From an uncultured Gammaproteobacteria bacterium (lineage in GTDB: Bacteria > Pseudomonadota > Gammaproteobacteria > CAKMZV01): DNA of 64,000 nucleotides. Positions 21,565-30,984 of this stretch are shown here, piece after piece. The stretch is taken from assembly GCA_929200535.1 (NCBI GenBank), contig CAKMZV010000001.1, forward strand, positions 45,470 through 109,469. Reading direction: 5' to 3'. The translations under genes and the position numbers were made by a program. The notes beneath the pieces were generated by a model. The model was not told the origin of the DNA. It ran no database searches and saw nothing but the letters and a program-made list of their open reading frames with translations. Numbering within the stretch: position 1 is the stretch's first letter; every line of letters begins with the position of its first letter.

Positions 21565-22800
21565 TTATCCGTATTTTTGCTGAATACGCTGAAGGGATTG
21601 AATAAATGTTTCAACCTCATCAAAGGTATTAAAAAAGCAAAGTGAGGCACGCACTGTTGCTGGTAACCCCATTTTTTTGAGAATAGGCATTGTGCAATGA
21701 TGACCTGAGCGTACCGCAATACCATCAAGGTTTAACAAGGTTGCTACATCACTCGGGTGCAAAAAATTACTGGCAAAAACAAAAGAAAGAACGGATGATT
21801 TATGCTCTGCTTGTCCTACAATTTTTATATCAGGAATTTTTACTATCTCCTCGGTCGCAAACTGCAAAAGCTGATGTTCATAATCGCTACTTGCCTCAAG
21901 GTCTAACTTATTCACCCAATCAATGGCACTGCCTAATCCAATTGCTTGAGCTATTGCTGGTGTTCCTGCCTCTAAGCGATTAGGTAATTCATTCGGTGCA
22001 AAACCATCGAAGCCGACCTCAAGAATCATATCACCACCGCCCTGCCATAAGCTAAATTTTTCTAACAATGCTTTCCTTGCCCATAAAATCCCAATCCCTG
22101 TAGGGGCAAACATTTTATGCCCGGAAAAAACCAAGAAATCGCAATCTATTGCCTGCACATCAATGCGTTGATGTGCCGGAACTTGACACGCATCAATTAA
22201 TGTTAATACTTCTTTTTTACGGCACTGACTAATAATTTCTGCAACGGGGTTGCACGTACCCAGTGAATTAGAAATCCAATTTATTGCCAATAATTTAACT
22301 TTACCATCTGCCAATAAAGACGGCAGTTTAGTTATCTCAACCTCGCCCTTCTCATTCACTGGCAACCAGCGAATTTCTAAGCCCATACGCTGTGATAATA
22401 TCTGCCAAGGAACGATATTCGCATGATGTTCCAATTCACTAATAATCACTGCATCACCCGCCTTAAAATACTGTGCAACATAACATTGTGCAACCATATT
22501 AATTGCCTCAGTTGCCCCACGAGTATAAATCACCTCTGTCACAGCAGGTGCATTAATGAATGTAGCTACTTTGTGGCGAGCCGCCTCATATTTGCCTGTA
22601 GCTCGCTCGGATAATTCATGAATCCCACGATGCACATTAGCATTATCTTGGCAATAATAATCACTAATCGCATCAATCACTTGTTGAGGCTTTTGTGAAG
22701 TTGCCGCATTATCAAAATAAATAAGAGGCTTATTATGGACCTCTTGCTGCAAAATAGGAAATTGCTGACGTAACTCTTTTTGGTTAAATAATTTTCTCAT
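21565..22800 (-). CDS. Cysteine desulfurase (SufS/CsdA-type class V aminotransferase)
   Basis: 411 aa; PLP-lysine context FSGHKMFAPTGIGIL, C-terminal catalytic Cys loop (HHCTMP). Confidence 0.8.
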   Translation of the reverse strand: MRKLFNQKELRQQFPILQQEVHNKPLIYFDNAATSQKPQQVIDAISDYYCQDNANVHRGIHELSERATGKYEAARHKVATFINAPAVTEVIYTRGATEAINMVAQCYVAQYFKAGDAVIISELEHHANIVPWQILSQRMGLEIRWLPVNEKGEVEITKLPSLLADGKVKLLAINWISNSLGTCNPVAEIISQCRKKEVLTLIDACQVPAHQRIDVQAIDCDFLVFSGHKMFAPTGIGILWARKALLEKFSLWQGGGDMILEVGFDGFAPNELPNRLEAGTPAIAQAIGLGSAIDWVNKLDLEASSDYEHQLLQFATEEIVKIPDIKIVGQAEHKSSVLSFVFASNFLHPSDVATLLNLDGIAVRSGHHCTMPILKKMGLPATVRASLCFFNTFDEVETFIQSLQRIQQKYG

Positions 22801-22904
22801 AACCTTTTAAATTATAGGAGACCTTTGTTAATGGTTAATTGTTAATGATGGTTCCCTGTTATTCTGAGGCTTGCCCTCAGAATCTCTTGCACGGAGCATT
22901 ACTC

Positions 22905-22945
22905 ATTCCCACGCAGGAGCGTGGGAATGAGTAAGTATTTATTGG
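22905..22945. repeat. REP-like hairpin (ctcattcccacgcaggagcgtgggaatgagtaag)
   Basis: Perfect inverted repeat cattcccacgc/gcgtgggaatg around aggag; related copy at 47288-47325. Confidence 0.5.
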
Positions 22946-23125
22946 TTAGAGTTACTAAGAGTTACTAAGAGAAACGGATTATTTAAATCAATCGGAATTT
23001 AAAAGTCTTAATACCGATGCTATTGAAATCATCAAGCTGATAACAAGTATCATAAAATCTGCAAAAGCCAACATTAACCACTAACCATTGTTGTTTAGGT
23101 TGTTGGTATAAGGGTGATAAGAGGG

Positions 23126-24247
23126 TTACTCTTTAACCCTAGACCATACGTCGTTGTGGTAACCATTTTCCAGCCCAGTATTTATTGTCTGTCCACCAAT
23201 CACCCATACTTTTTCATCAAATACCACCGATGTATGCTCATGTCGAGCCACGAATTTTTCCGTATTTATCTCATAAGTCCAAGTGATACCATCGTAAGAG
23301 CTCCATACTTCGTTTTTGTAGTCACCATCGGTGGTGCCACCAATGACCCACATTTTCTCACCACTACCATCATCAAAAACCACCGATGTATGAGCGCTTC
23401 GAACACTGAATACTGCTGAATCCGTAGCGGTAGTCCAAGTAACACCATTGGTAGATTTCCATACGTCGTTCAAACGTGAAGAACCATTATTGCCACCAAT
23501 CACCCACATTTTATCATCAAAAACCACCGATGTATGACTGTGTCGAGCCGAGAATTTTGCCGAACTATCTTTCGTCTCCTCAATCCAAGTGGCACCATTA
23601 GTAGAGCTCCATACTTCGTTACCACCACGGGTGCCACCAATGACCCACATTTTCTCACCCTCATTATCATCAGCAACATCAAAAGCCACCGCTGTATGAT
23701 AACTGCGAGCCGAGAATGCTGCTGCATCCGTAGCGGTAGTCCAAGTGACACCATCGGTAGAGCTCCATACATCGTTAAATCTACTACTACCGAAGTCACC
23801 ACCAATGACCCACATTCTATTATCAAAAACCACCGATGCATGTCTAGCTCGAGGCGAGAATCCCTTTGTATCAGGAGCAGCCAAATCATTAGACTTAACC
23901 TCAGTCCAAGTGGCACCATTGGTAGAGCTCCATACATCGTTTGCAATAATAATTTTTGAGCCTCCTGAGCCACCAATGATCCACATTTTCTTACCATCCT
24001 TATCACCAGCAACCTCAAAAGCCACCGATGCATGAGCAAATCGACCCGGGAATCCATCTGAAGTATGAGACTTAACCTCAGTCCAAGTATAGGTGGCAGG
24101 ATCAGGCTTATCAACAGGGCAAAAATTTGCTGCAAGAATAATCGGTGCGTATAGGGTAAGGACAAAAATTTTGAGAGATAAGAATTGTTTGATAATTTTA
24201 GAGTAGTTCATATTGATAGGATAGGTTTTTTTTATTACAATTAGCAT
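23126..24247 (-). CDS. Secreted Kelch-type beta-propeller repeat protein
   Basis: 373 aa with N-terminal signal/TM and about 6 tandem about 50-aa blades (DVWSSTDGVTWT...ARxxHTSVVFDxKMWVIGG); nucleotide-level internal repeats generate spurious antisense ORFs. Confidence 0.7.
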   Translation of the reverse strand: MLIVIKKTYPINMNYSKIIKQFLSLKIFVLTLYAPIILAANFCPVDKPDPATYTWTEVKSHTSDGFPGRFAHASVAFEVAGDKDGKKMWIIGGSGGSKIIIANDVWSSTNGATWTEVKSNDLAAPDTKGFSPRARHASVVFDNRMWVIGGDFGSSRFNDVWSSTDGVTWTTATDAAAFSARSYHTAVAFDVADDNEGEKMWVIGGTRGGNEVWSSTNGATWIEETKDSSAKFSARHSHTSVVFDDKMWVIGGNNGSSRLNDVWKSTNGVTWTTATDSAVFSVRSAHTSVVFDDGSGEKMWVIGGTTDGDYKNEVWSSYDGITWTYEINTEKFVARHEHTSVVFDEKVWVIGGQTINTGLENGYHNDVWSRVKE

Positions 24248-24504
24248 TTTTTAATAGAGATAATAATTGTAAAACAAAGTGTAAAAAAATACAATAATTT
24301 AGTGGTTAAAATTATACTGATTTGCTTTGAAACTGTGTTTGTATTAAGGTTTGATGCAGCAGTTAGGAGGTTTAATTTGTGCTTATTCCGATGCAGGAGG
24401 GTGGAAAAGAGTAAGTGTTTTGCTATGGGATGTTGGGGTGCTGAGTCCATATTTGTCATCCTTGTAGAAGTTCAGGATTCCAGCATCTATTGTATGGGGC
24501 TAAA

Positions 24505-25437
24505 CTAACTGCCTACTTTTTTTAATTGGGAAATTACCCTAATATGCTCAGGGCCAATCTCACAACAACCCCCAAGAATTGTGGCTCCATTGTGCATAAA
24601 TTTTTCTACGTATTGATAAAAAATCTCTGTTTTTTTTAATTCTTCGTTAATACCTAAAATCAAACTGGGATTACCACCCTCTCCCCATTTTTTTGCCGAT
24701 GAAACCACATAATTTTCAGGAATTTTATCAAAGGCATTTAGCTTGAAGCCATAAGGAATATTCAGATTATTAAACTCGTTTTGAGCCATTTCATACGCAT
24801 TGGGGGATGCGCAGGCAACAATTAAACCTAACCAATTATTCTGTTGATCTCTTGCGGCAATATCAGTGATACTTTCTTCTGAGGGGAGTTTTCCATTTTC
24901 TTTTAGGTGCACACCAATCAAAGCCGGTAAATTAAAGGGCGCGATAGATTCAAGAGCAATATCACATTCTAAGCCACTTCCCATCACATCAAGAAAAAAG
25001 AAGTCAATACCATTTTTTATATATTTTGCTTGGCTTGAGAAACGTTCTTTGATTTCATCAAGGTCTTCCCCAAGATCTGCACTATAGGTTTGTTTTTGAT
25101 TAGGAAGACTGCCCGCAATAAGCACGTCTTTTTTCGCAATATCTCGTGCTCTTTGAGCTAACTCTACGGCAGTCTTATTAATTTTCTCAAATACTTCAAG
25201 ACAATTATTTTGCTCTAACCTGCCTTTTCTTGCTGTAAAAGTAGAGGTCGTAATTACTTCCGCACCTGCATTGATAAAGTCGATATGAGTATCAATTACC
25301 ATTTGATGATATTCCTCATACATCAAGGCATAAGCAGACCACAAAGTGCCGGTCGGTTTTAATCCCTTGCTAAGAAGTTCTTGCCCCATACCACCATCAA
25401 GAATTCTTAATGTTTGAAAAAAGGTTTTGTCTATCAT
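24505..25437 (-). CDS. Homocysteine S-methyltransferase (MmuM/Hcy-binding domain family)
   Basis: 310 aa; N-terminal ILDGGMGQEL and C-terminal GGCCEIGPEHI zinc-binding motif. Confidence 0.75.
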   Translation of the reverse strand: MIDKTFFQTLRILDGGMGQELLSKGLKPTGTLWSAYALMYEEYHQMVIDTHIDFINAGAEVITTSTFTARKGRLEQNNCLEVFEKINKTAVELAQRARDIAKKDVLIAGSLPNQKQTYSADLGEDLDEIKERFSSQAKYIKNGIDFFFLDVMGSGLECDIALESIAPFNLPALIGVHLKENGKLPSEESITDIAARDQQNNWLGLIVACASPNAYEMAQNEFNNLNIPYGFKLNAFDKIPENYVVSSAKKWGEGGNPSLILGINEELKKTEIFYQYVEKFMHNGATILGGCCEIGPEHIRVISQLKKVGS

Positions 25438-25485
25438 TGTGTTAAAAAAATTTTGAAATTATCTAAAAAGAAGGCAGAGTGATGA

Positions 25486-25926
25486 CTATTCTTCTATTTT
25501 TACTAATGGTTTAAAAATGCAGATGGAAATAAGTTGCTTTTGACGTTGAGAAAAGGAGCAGGATTGGACGTTCAGAGTGAGGTTGTTTTGGGTAGCAATT
25601 TTATTTATTTGCTCTAAGGAGGATAGCCAAGAAAATTCAAATTGATGTGTGCTACGAATCTCTAAGTTTTTATTGTTTAGAGCAAATGTTGCTTGTGGAA
25701 TGAGTAGTGAAACTTGGTCAATAAAGGCGACTGTTTTTTGTATGGAGAATTTCCACGTAGGAGTAGGAGTTTGAGGTCGAGCCTGTTTGAGGGTTGTATG
25801 TGTTTTTGTGAAGGTTGGGGGGGCGTATTTGGGGGGTGATAAAGTGAAGTATATGTTGTAAATAATGATGGAGAAAATCATTGCATTAAGCAAGCGAAGT
25901 ATGTTTTGTAAGGATAGTAGTCGCAT
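25486..25926 (-). CDS. Hypothetical bitopic membrane protein, possible pilus/T2SS assembly component (GspM/PilO-like?)
   Basis: 146 aa, single N-terminal TM, last gene of GspE-GspF operon; no recognisable motif. Confidence 0.35.
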   Translation of the reverse strand: MRLLSLQNILRLLNAMIFSIIIYNIYFTLSPPKYAPPTFTKTHTTLKQARPQTPTPTWKFSIQKTVAFIDQVSLLIPQATFALNNKNLEIRSTHQFEFSWLSSLEQINKIATQNNLTLNVQSCSFSQRQKQLISICIFKPLVKIEE

Positions 25927-25933
25927 AAAAAAA

Positions 25934-26935
25934 TTAAGGGTTTATTTGTAGTTTGATTGTGAATTTACGCTGTTTTGCCAAGTTGCCTTGCAGGGGGTTT
26001 TGCTGGGTTTTAAGGTCTTGGATAATGGGATTTCGATGTAGAATATCAAGCATTTCTTCCCATTCTTGTTGGAGGGCTAAGGTGGATTTTTTTTGTTTCC
26101 AATAGCCAGAAATTGTGATGGTTGGCGGAGTGAAAAGAATATCTTGAATAATGATGTTTTTGATAGAGTCAAGGGAGTTTGATAGGGCTTTTAAGTGCAT
26201 ATCTAAGCGGTTTGAAGTCCATTTTGGTGCCGTTTTTACTTTTGTAGGTTTGTTAGGAGTTTGAGGTATAAAAATAGGTTTGGAGCTTTCTATTGAGTTG
26301 TGCCGAGTGAAAAATGAAACGGGCATTGTAAACAAAAGAATCGCTAAGATAATTACTTCTAATGTGAGTAGTTGTTGAACGCTTTGTCGCCAGCGTCCTA
26401 TGGTAAAAAGTTTGTGCTTTTGTTTGCTTATTTTTTCTTCTAAAAGTGATATGGTTTTTTCTAATGATAGCTCTTTTTGATGAGTTTTTTGAGTAGTGAG
26501 GTGGGTCAATGAATCAAGTGCTGTGTGTGATTTTGTAATGCTTTTGAAGCGATTAACAGTTATATGGCGAGTAAGCGTTGTGGTGAGTTTAATTAGTGTG
26601 TTGTTACGTAAATTAAGTAGTTGTTCTACTGCAAAAATATTTTTTCTAAAAGAGGCATCGGGGGATAAGGATGATATTTTTTGCAGGCTATCATCACTTA
26701 TATCTAAGGTGCTCCCAAGACGATATTTTTGTGGCAGAATTTGATAGCCGTCGTTGATTAAAATCCAATAAAAATTTTTATGATTTTTTTGTATATATTC
26801 TTTAAGCTGAGATAGCGATAATTTTTTACTACGGTTTAGATTGTCGAGGGAAATTATCCACGCATTTTCACAACCCATTAAAATAGCTTGATGCTCGTTT
26901 GTTGCTGGTGAAAATTTTTTAAACAATCGATCCAT
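25934..26935 (-). CDS. Hypothetical protein with central TM segment, possible PilM/PilN- or GspL-like assembly protein
   Basis: ORF-track 25934-26986; likely start at internal MDRLFKK (26935) to limit overlap with upstream gspF-like gene; cytoplasmic N-half, TM (VIILAILLFTMPV), periplasmic C-half. Confidence 0.35.
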   Translation of the reverse strand: MDRLFKKFSPATNEHQAILMGCENAWIISLDNLNRSKKLSLSQLKEYIQKNHKNFYWILINDGYQILPQKYRLGSTLDISDDSLQKISSLSPDASFRKNIFAVEQLLNLRNNTLIKLTTTLTRHITVNRFKSITKSHTALDSLTHLTTQKTHQKELSLEKTISLLEEKISKQKHKLFTIGRWRQSVQQLLTLEVIILAILLFTMPVSFFTRHNSIESSKPIFIPQTPNKPTKVKTAPKWTSNRLDMHLKALSNSLDSIKNIIIQDILFTPPTITISGYWKQKKSTLALQQEWEEMLDILHRNPIIQDLKTQQNPLQGNLAKQRKFTIKLQINP

Positions 26936-27959
26936 CGTAGAGCGGGAGGATAATAGCGTGAATAAACAGGGCAATAATAATGCCAATCAATAAAGTTAGC
27001 AGTGGTTCAATAAAAGGTTGGATTTTTTGCAGGTGTTTTTTTCCAAGTTCTTCAAAGTGCGTGGCAAGAGTTTCAAAGACTTCGCCAAGCTGTTTTTGAC
27101 CACGAATTCCTTCTACGGTCTGCCCGAGTGTTTGTGGCAAATGAGGGTGTTGAGTGAGAGCATAAGATAGAGTTTTGCCTTGAAGAATAGCAGTAACTGT
27201 TTTTTGTGAGTAGTATTTTAGAATGCTAAGTTTAAAAAGGTTTGAGGATTGGGTGAGCGATACTGGAATGTTTAAGTGAATTTTCATACACGCAGACATA
27301 TGATGACAAAAATGTGCGATATCTTGGTAGAGCAAAATTTTTCCAAGTACACCAAATTTAAGTATGCATTTACTGAAAAAATAAGATTTTCTAAAATAAA
27401 AAATGAGTGAAGTAAAGAATAATATTGTGAGTAGTAGCAAGGTCCATTGACCAATAGATAAGGAGATAAGAAAAAGAAAAAACTGCGTAGTAATCGCTAA
27501 GTCTTGATTGGTGGTGGAAATTATTTTAAGTTGGGGAATCAGTAAATAAGAAGCAAAAATAACACTTGATAAACAAATAAGTAGCAAAAAAATAGGATAG
27601 GAAATTGCTTGGCGAAAGAGTTGAGATTTTTTTTCTATACGCTCAAGAAGTTTGTCGCTAAGAATGATGGCATTGAGTAAGTCGTGCGATTTTTCGCCAG
27701 CATCAATAAGGTTTATGATTTCATCAAATAGGAGCTTTTCAGAGTATAGAGCTTGGGAGAAACTGTTGCCGTTTTTTACTTTGAGTAAAATTGGCTGGAG
27801 GCGGATTTTTATGACAGATTTTTCTTGGTCGATTAAATCTTGCAGGGCGGTGATTAAGGTGCTGCCACCTTGTAACCTTAGGCGAATTTCATAGAGCAGC
27901 AGTTGTTGATGTTTGTTTGCAAGCGGTTTGCGCTTTTGAGTGAGTTTTATGGCTTGCAT
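26919..27959 (-). CDS. Type II secretion / type IV pilus platform protein (GspF/PilC family)
   Basis: 346 aa, two T2SS-F repeats with 3 TM segments. Confidence 0.7.
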   Translation of the reverse strand: MQAIKLTQKRKPLANKHQQLLLYEIRLRLQGGSTLITALQDLIDQEKSVIKIRLQPILLKVKNGNSFSQALYSEKLLFDEIINLIDAGEKSHDLLNAIILSDKLLERIEKKSQLFRQAISYPIFLLLICLSSVIFASYLLIPQLKIISTTNQDLAITTQFFLFLISLSIGQWTLLLLTILFFTSLIFYFRKSYFFSKCILKFGVLGKILLYQDIAHFCHHMSACMKIHLNIPVSLTQSSNLFKLSILKYYSQKTVTAILQGKTLSYALTQHPHLPQTLGQTVEGIRGQKQLGEVFETLATHFEELGKKHLQKIQPFIEPLLTLLIGIIIALFIHAIILPLYDGSIV

Positions 27960-27968
27960 ATTGCTTAC

Positions 27969-29579
27969 TTAGTTTAGACTCGCTCCCATTACTCGTTCAA
28001 CTTCTTTGTGATCGGTGAGTTTGTTATTGACCGCATCGTTAGCGATTTTTTGCAGGCTTTTGTATTTGTGACTGCTAAAAACTTTGGATAGTTTTTGTTG
28101 GTCAAAAATAAGATGTTCCATAATCGCAAAACGACCATAATATCCACTTTGATTACATTTCTGACAACCTGTTCCGTAACAATCTGTACAAAGTTTTCTC
28201 AATAACCTTTGTGCCATTATGGCGAGAGTTTGGGAGTAAAAAGCAGCACTCGATTCTAAAAGATTTTTCATTCGGTTTGGAATATCTTTGATATAAGCCG
28301 CATGGATGGTCGCAAGAACAAGGTGTCCCGTTAAGGCTGCCTTAATTGCCAATTCAGCACTTTCACTATCACGAATTTCACCAATGAGGAGAATATCTGG
28401 ATCTTGTCGTAGTAGTGAGCGAATGCCTTGTGCAAAATCTAAGCCTAATTCTGGACGCACGTTGGTTTGTCGAATATCGGGCACAATATGTTCAACTGGG
28501 TCTTCTAATGTAGCAACATTTAATTTATTTAGTTGAAGCGTTTTTAATAGAGCATAGAGCGTGGTTGTTTTACCACTACCAGTGGGACCGCTAATTAAAA
28601 TAAGCCCGGAAGGTTGTTTGATAAGTGCTTTGAGTTTGGTGTTTAAATTTTGATCAAATCCTAAATTAGGTAGGGCAACTATGGATTTATGGCTATTGAG
28701 ACGCAATACAATAGATTCACCATGAATGGAGGGTAAAGAAGATAAACGAAAATCATAGTCGTTTCCTCTGAGACGAATAAAAAATGAGCCATCTTGGGGG
28801 AGGTGATTTTCTGTAATGTCAATATTGGAAAGAACTTTTAAGCGAATTTTAACGGAATTCCAAATATCTAAGTTTAGTTTTCTTTTTTCAATCAAAACAC
28901 CATCCACACGTAAACGCTGTTGGGTGAAGTAGGGGTTGCTATCAAAATGAATGTCCGATGCTCGTTGTTGCAGTGCTTCTAATAAAAATCCTTCGACCAA
29001 TTTGATAATAATATGGTCCGGAGAGACAATTTGATTTGTTTGAGTGAGTGGTGAGGAGCAAAGTTGTGCAATAAGTGGTTCAACTTCATCGGCGTGTGTT
29101 AATTGATAGTCAATTGCTTCACTAACTCGCATATTTTTGCAAAAATAGGGGTGAATAACCCAAACTCCCTTAAATAGTTCCTCCGCAATTTTTACTTTAT
29201 CAATTAGATAAGGTTGTTCCATTGCAACACAAAGCATATTGCCATCTATTTTGAAGGGTAGCATTGCATTTTCTATCATTTGCTCAACAGAGCTTAGTTT
29301 GAGTATGCTGGAATCGATGTTAATGTTTATTAAATCGATTGAGGGAATGCCAAAATGAGTTAGCAGGAAATTTTCAACTTTATCTAAGTCAATTAGTTGG
29401 GCTTGATGTAAAAAACGAATGGGGTCAGTATTATTTTGTTGTATTTCACGCATTGCTAAATTTTTAGCATCATCATTTAAAATATTATTTTCATACATTT
29501 TGTCAAGTAAACTAATAGGCACTTGCTGTGCCGAATTTGTTTCTTTAGAAGAAGAAAAAAATTTTATCATTAGAGTCAA
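27969..29579 (-). CDS. Type II secretion / type IV pilus assembly ATPase (GspE/PilB family) with N-terminal T2SSE_N domain
   Basis: 536 aa; Walker A ISGPTGSGKTTTLYA, Asp box, His box, C-terminal tetracysteine (CTDCYGTGCQKCNQSG). Confidence 0.85.
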   Translation of the reverse strand: MTLMIKFFSSSKETNSAQQVPISLLDKMYENNILNDDAKNLAMREIQQNNTDPIRFLHQAQLIDLDKVENFLLTHFGIPSIDLININIDSSILKLSSVEQMIENAMLPFKIDGNMLCVAMEQPYLIDKVKIAEELFKGVWVIHPYFCKNMRVSEAIDYQLTHADEVEPLIAQLCSSPLTQTNQIVSPDHIIIKLVEGFLLEALQQRASDIHFDSNPYFTQQRLRVDGVLIEKRKLNLDIWNSVKIRLKVLSNIDITENHLPQDGSFFIRLRGNDYDFRLSSLPSIHGESIVLRLNSHKSIVALPNLGFDQNLNTKLKALIKQPSGLILISGPTGSGKTTTLYALLKTLQLNKLNVATLEDPVEHIVPDIRQTNVRPELGLDFAQGIRSLLRQDPDILLIGEIRDSESAELAIKAALTGHLVLATIHAAYIKDIPNRMKNLLESSAAFYSQTLAIMAQRLLRKLCTDCYGTGCQKCNQSGYYGRFAIMEHLIFDQQKLSKVFSSHKYKSLQKIANDAVNNKLTDHKEVERVMGASLN

Positions 29580-29857
29580 AAAAGGTGCATAAAAAATAGG
29601 GTTTAAAAGCCTTGAAATGTTATAATTATAAAAGTCTGATTATATATCAGAAAGGAAGCCATTAGGGTATGGACAAATAACAAAAGACATAAAAAAATCA
29701 TTGTCTTTTTTAAGTTGACGCCAGATTTTCCATAAACAAGCGTCTTTATATTTGTCTGTCTTAGAAGTAAGAATAAAAAAACGTTTACTACCAAAGCCAC
29801 TTAAAAGGCGTTTTTGGTAGTCAATACATCATTAAAAAAATACTAACAACTTTAAAT

Positions 29858-30541
29858 ATGGATTTAGTAACAATGATATTGCAAGCAAGTATAGCTGTTC
29901 AGCTGGTCATGCTATTGCTGGTAATTATGTCTGTGTATGTTTGGATTTTAGTGTTTGCAAAGTTATGGCAAATACGAGGCTTGTATAAAAAATCTAAAGC
30001 ATTTAAACATAGGTTTAATACGAGTACAGATTTATCTGAACTATACCATGCACTTACGGCACAAATGCAAGATTCAAAGTTGCAAAAAAAAGTGTCTTCT
30101 TTGGAGCAAATTTTTATTGTTGGGTTTAAGGAGTATGTTCGACAAAATAAAACACAACATAACGATGTTAACGCTTCTATAAAGCTAATTCAAAATGAAA
30201 TGCGACAAGTTTATGATCAGCAGATGGATCTCATAGAGGAGCGCGGCTCAAATTTAGCAACTATAGGGTCTGCTGCACCTTATATCGGATTATTTGGTAC
30301 CGTCTTAGGCGTTATTAACGCATTTCAAGGGCTTGGCAAGGTGCAACATGCAACGCTTGCTTTGGTCGCACCAGGTATTTCTGAGGCACTCGTTGCGACA
30401 GCAATGGGGTTGTTTGTCGCTATTCCTGCCGTGATGAGTTATAACCGTTTGCAGTCCACAACTCAGAGACTATCACATTATTTTGAAGATTTTATGGGGA
30501 GTTTTTCACGCTTAATAGAAAGGCAATTGAGAGAAAGATAA
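29858..30541 (+). CDS. tolQ: Tol-Pal system protein TolQ
   Basis: 227 aa MotA/TolQ/ExbB family, 3 TM; first gene of tolQRAB-pal-cpoB. Confidence 0.85.
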   Translation: MDLVTMILQASIAVQLVMLLLVIMSVYVWILVFAKLWQIRGLYKKSKAFKHRFNTSTDLSELYHALTAQMQDSKLQKKVSSLEQIFIVGFKEYVRQNKTQHNDVNASIKLIQNEMRQVYDQQMDLIEERGSNLATIGSAAPYIGLFGTVLGVINAFQGLGKVQHATLALVAPGISEALVATAMGLFVAIPAVMSYNRLQSTTQRLSHYFEDFMGSFSRLIERQLRER

Positions 30542-30547
30542 ATTTTT

Positions 30548-30976
30548 ATGCGACTGCGCCATTCACGTCATTATCAGAATAAAATAATCAACGAAATTAA
30601 TGTTGTCCCATACGTTGATATATCGTTAGTATTGCTATTAATTTTTATGATTTCTGCTCCTCTAATCCAGCAGGGAGTGGATATTGATTTGCCTAAAGCA
30701 AAGGCAAAAAAAATTGAATCTATTGAGGAGGAGCCTATGATTATTTCTGTTAATCAAAAAGCTGAGTTATTTTTTAATTACAGTGATTCTCCAAAAAAAC
30801 CAATAGCCCCTTCTTTGTTATTAGCTCGTGTACTTGCTTTAAAAAAAGTGTCTCCTTCTTTGCCTGTCTTAGTTCGAGGCGACCGCAGTGCAAGCTATGG
30901 TAATATCGTACGAGTAATGGCGTTACTACAGCAGTCAGGCGTAGGTAAAATCGGACTAATGACAGAGAACGAGTAA
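30548..30976 (+). CDS. tolR: Tol-Pal system protein TolR
   Basis: 142 aa ExbD/TolR family, single TM. Confidence 0.85.
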   Translation: MRLRHSRHYQNKIINEINVVPYVDISLVLLLIFMISAPLIQQGVDIDLPKAKAKKIESIEEEPMIISVNQKAELFFNYSDSPKKPIAPSLLLARVLALKKVSPSLPVLVRGDRSASYGNIVRVMALLQQSGVGKIGLMTENE

Positions 30977-30984
30977 TTATTGCA

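Noticed and set aside
23266-24165. Long antisense and alternative-frame ORFs inside the Kelch gene (23500-24165 minus, 23534-23959 plus, 23745-24035 plus, 23114-23419 plus)
   Set aside because: These are artefacts of the internally repeated, codon-biased Kelch coding sequence. They are low-complexity L/R/S-rich translations with no independent start or RBS context.
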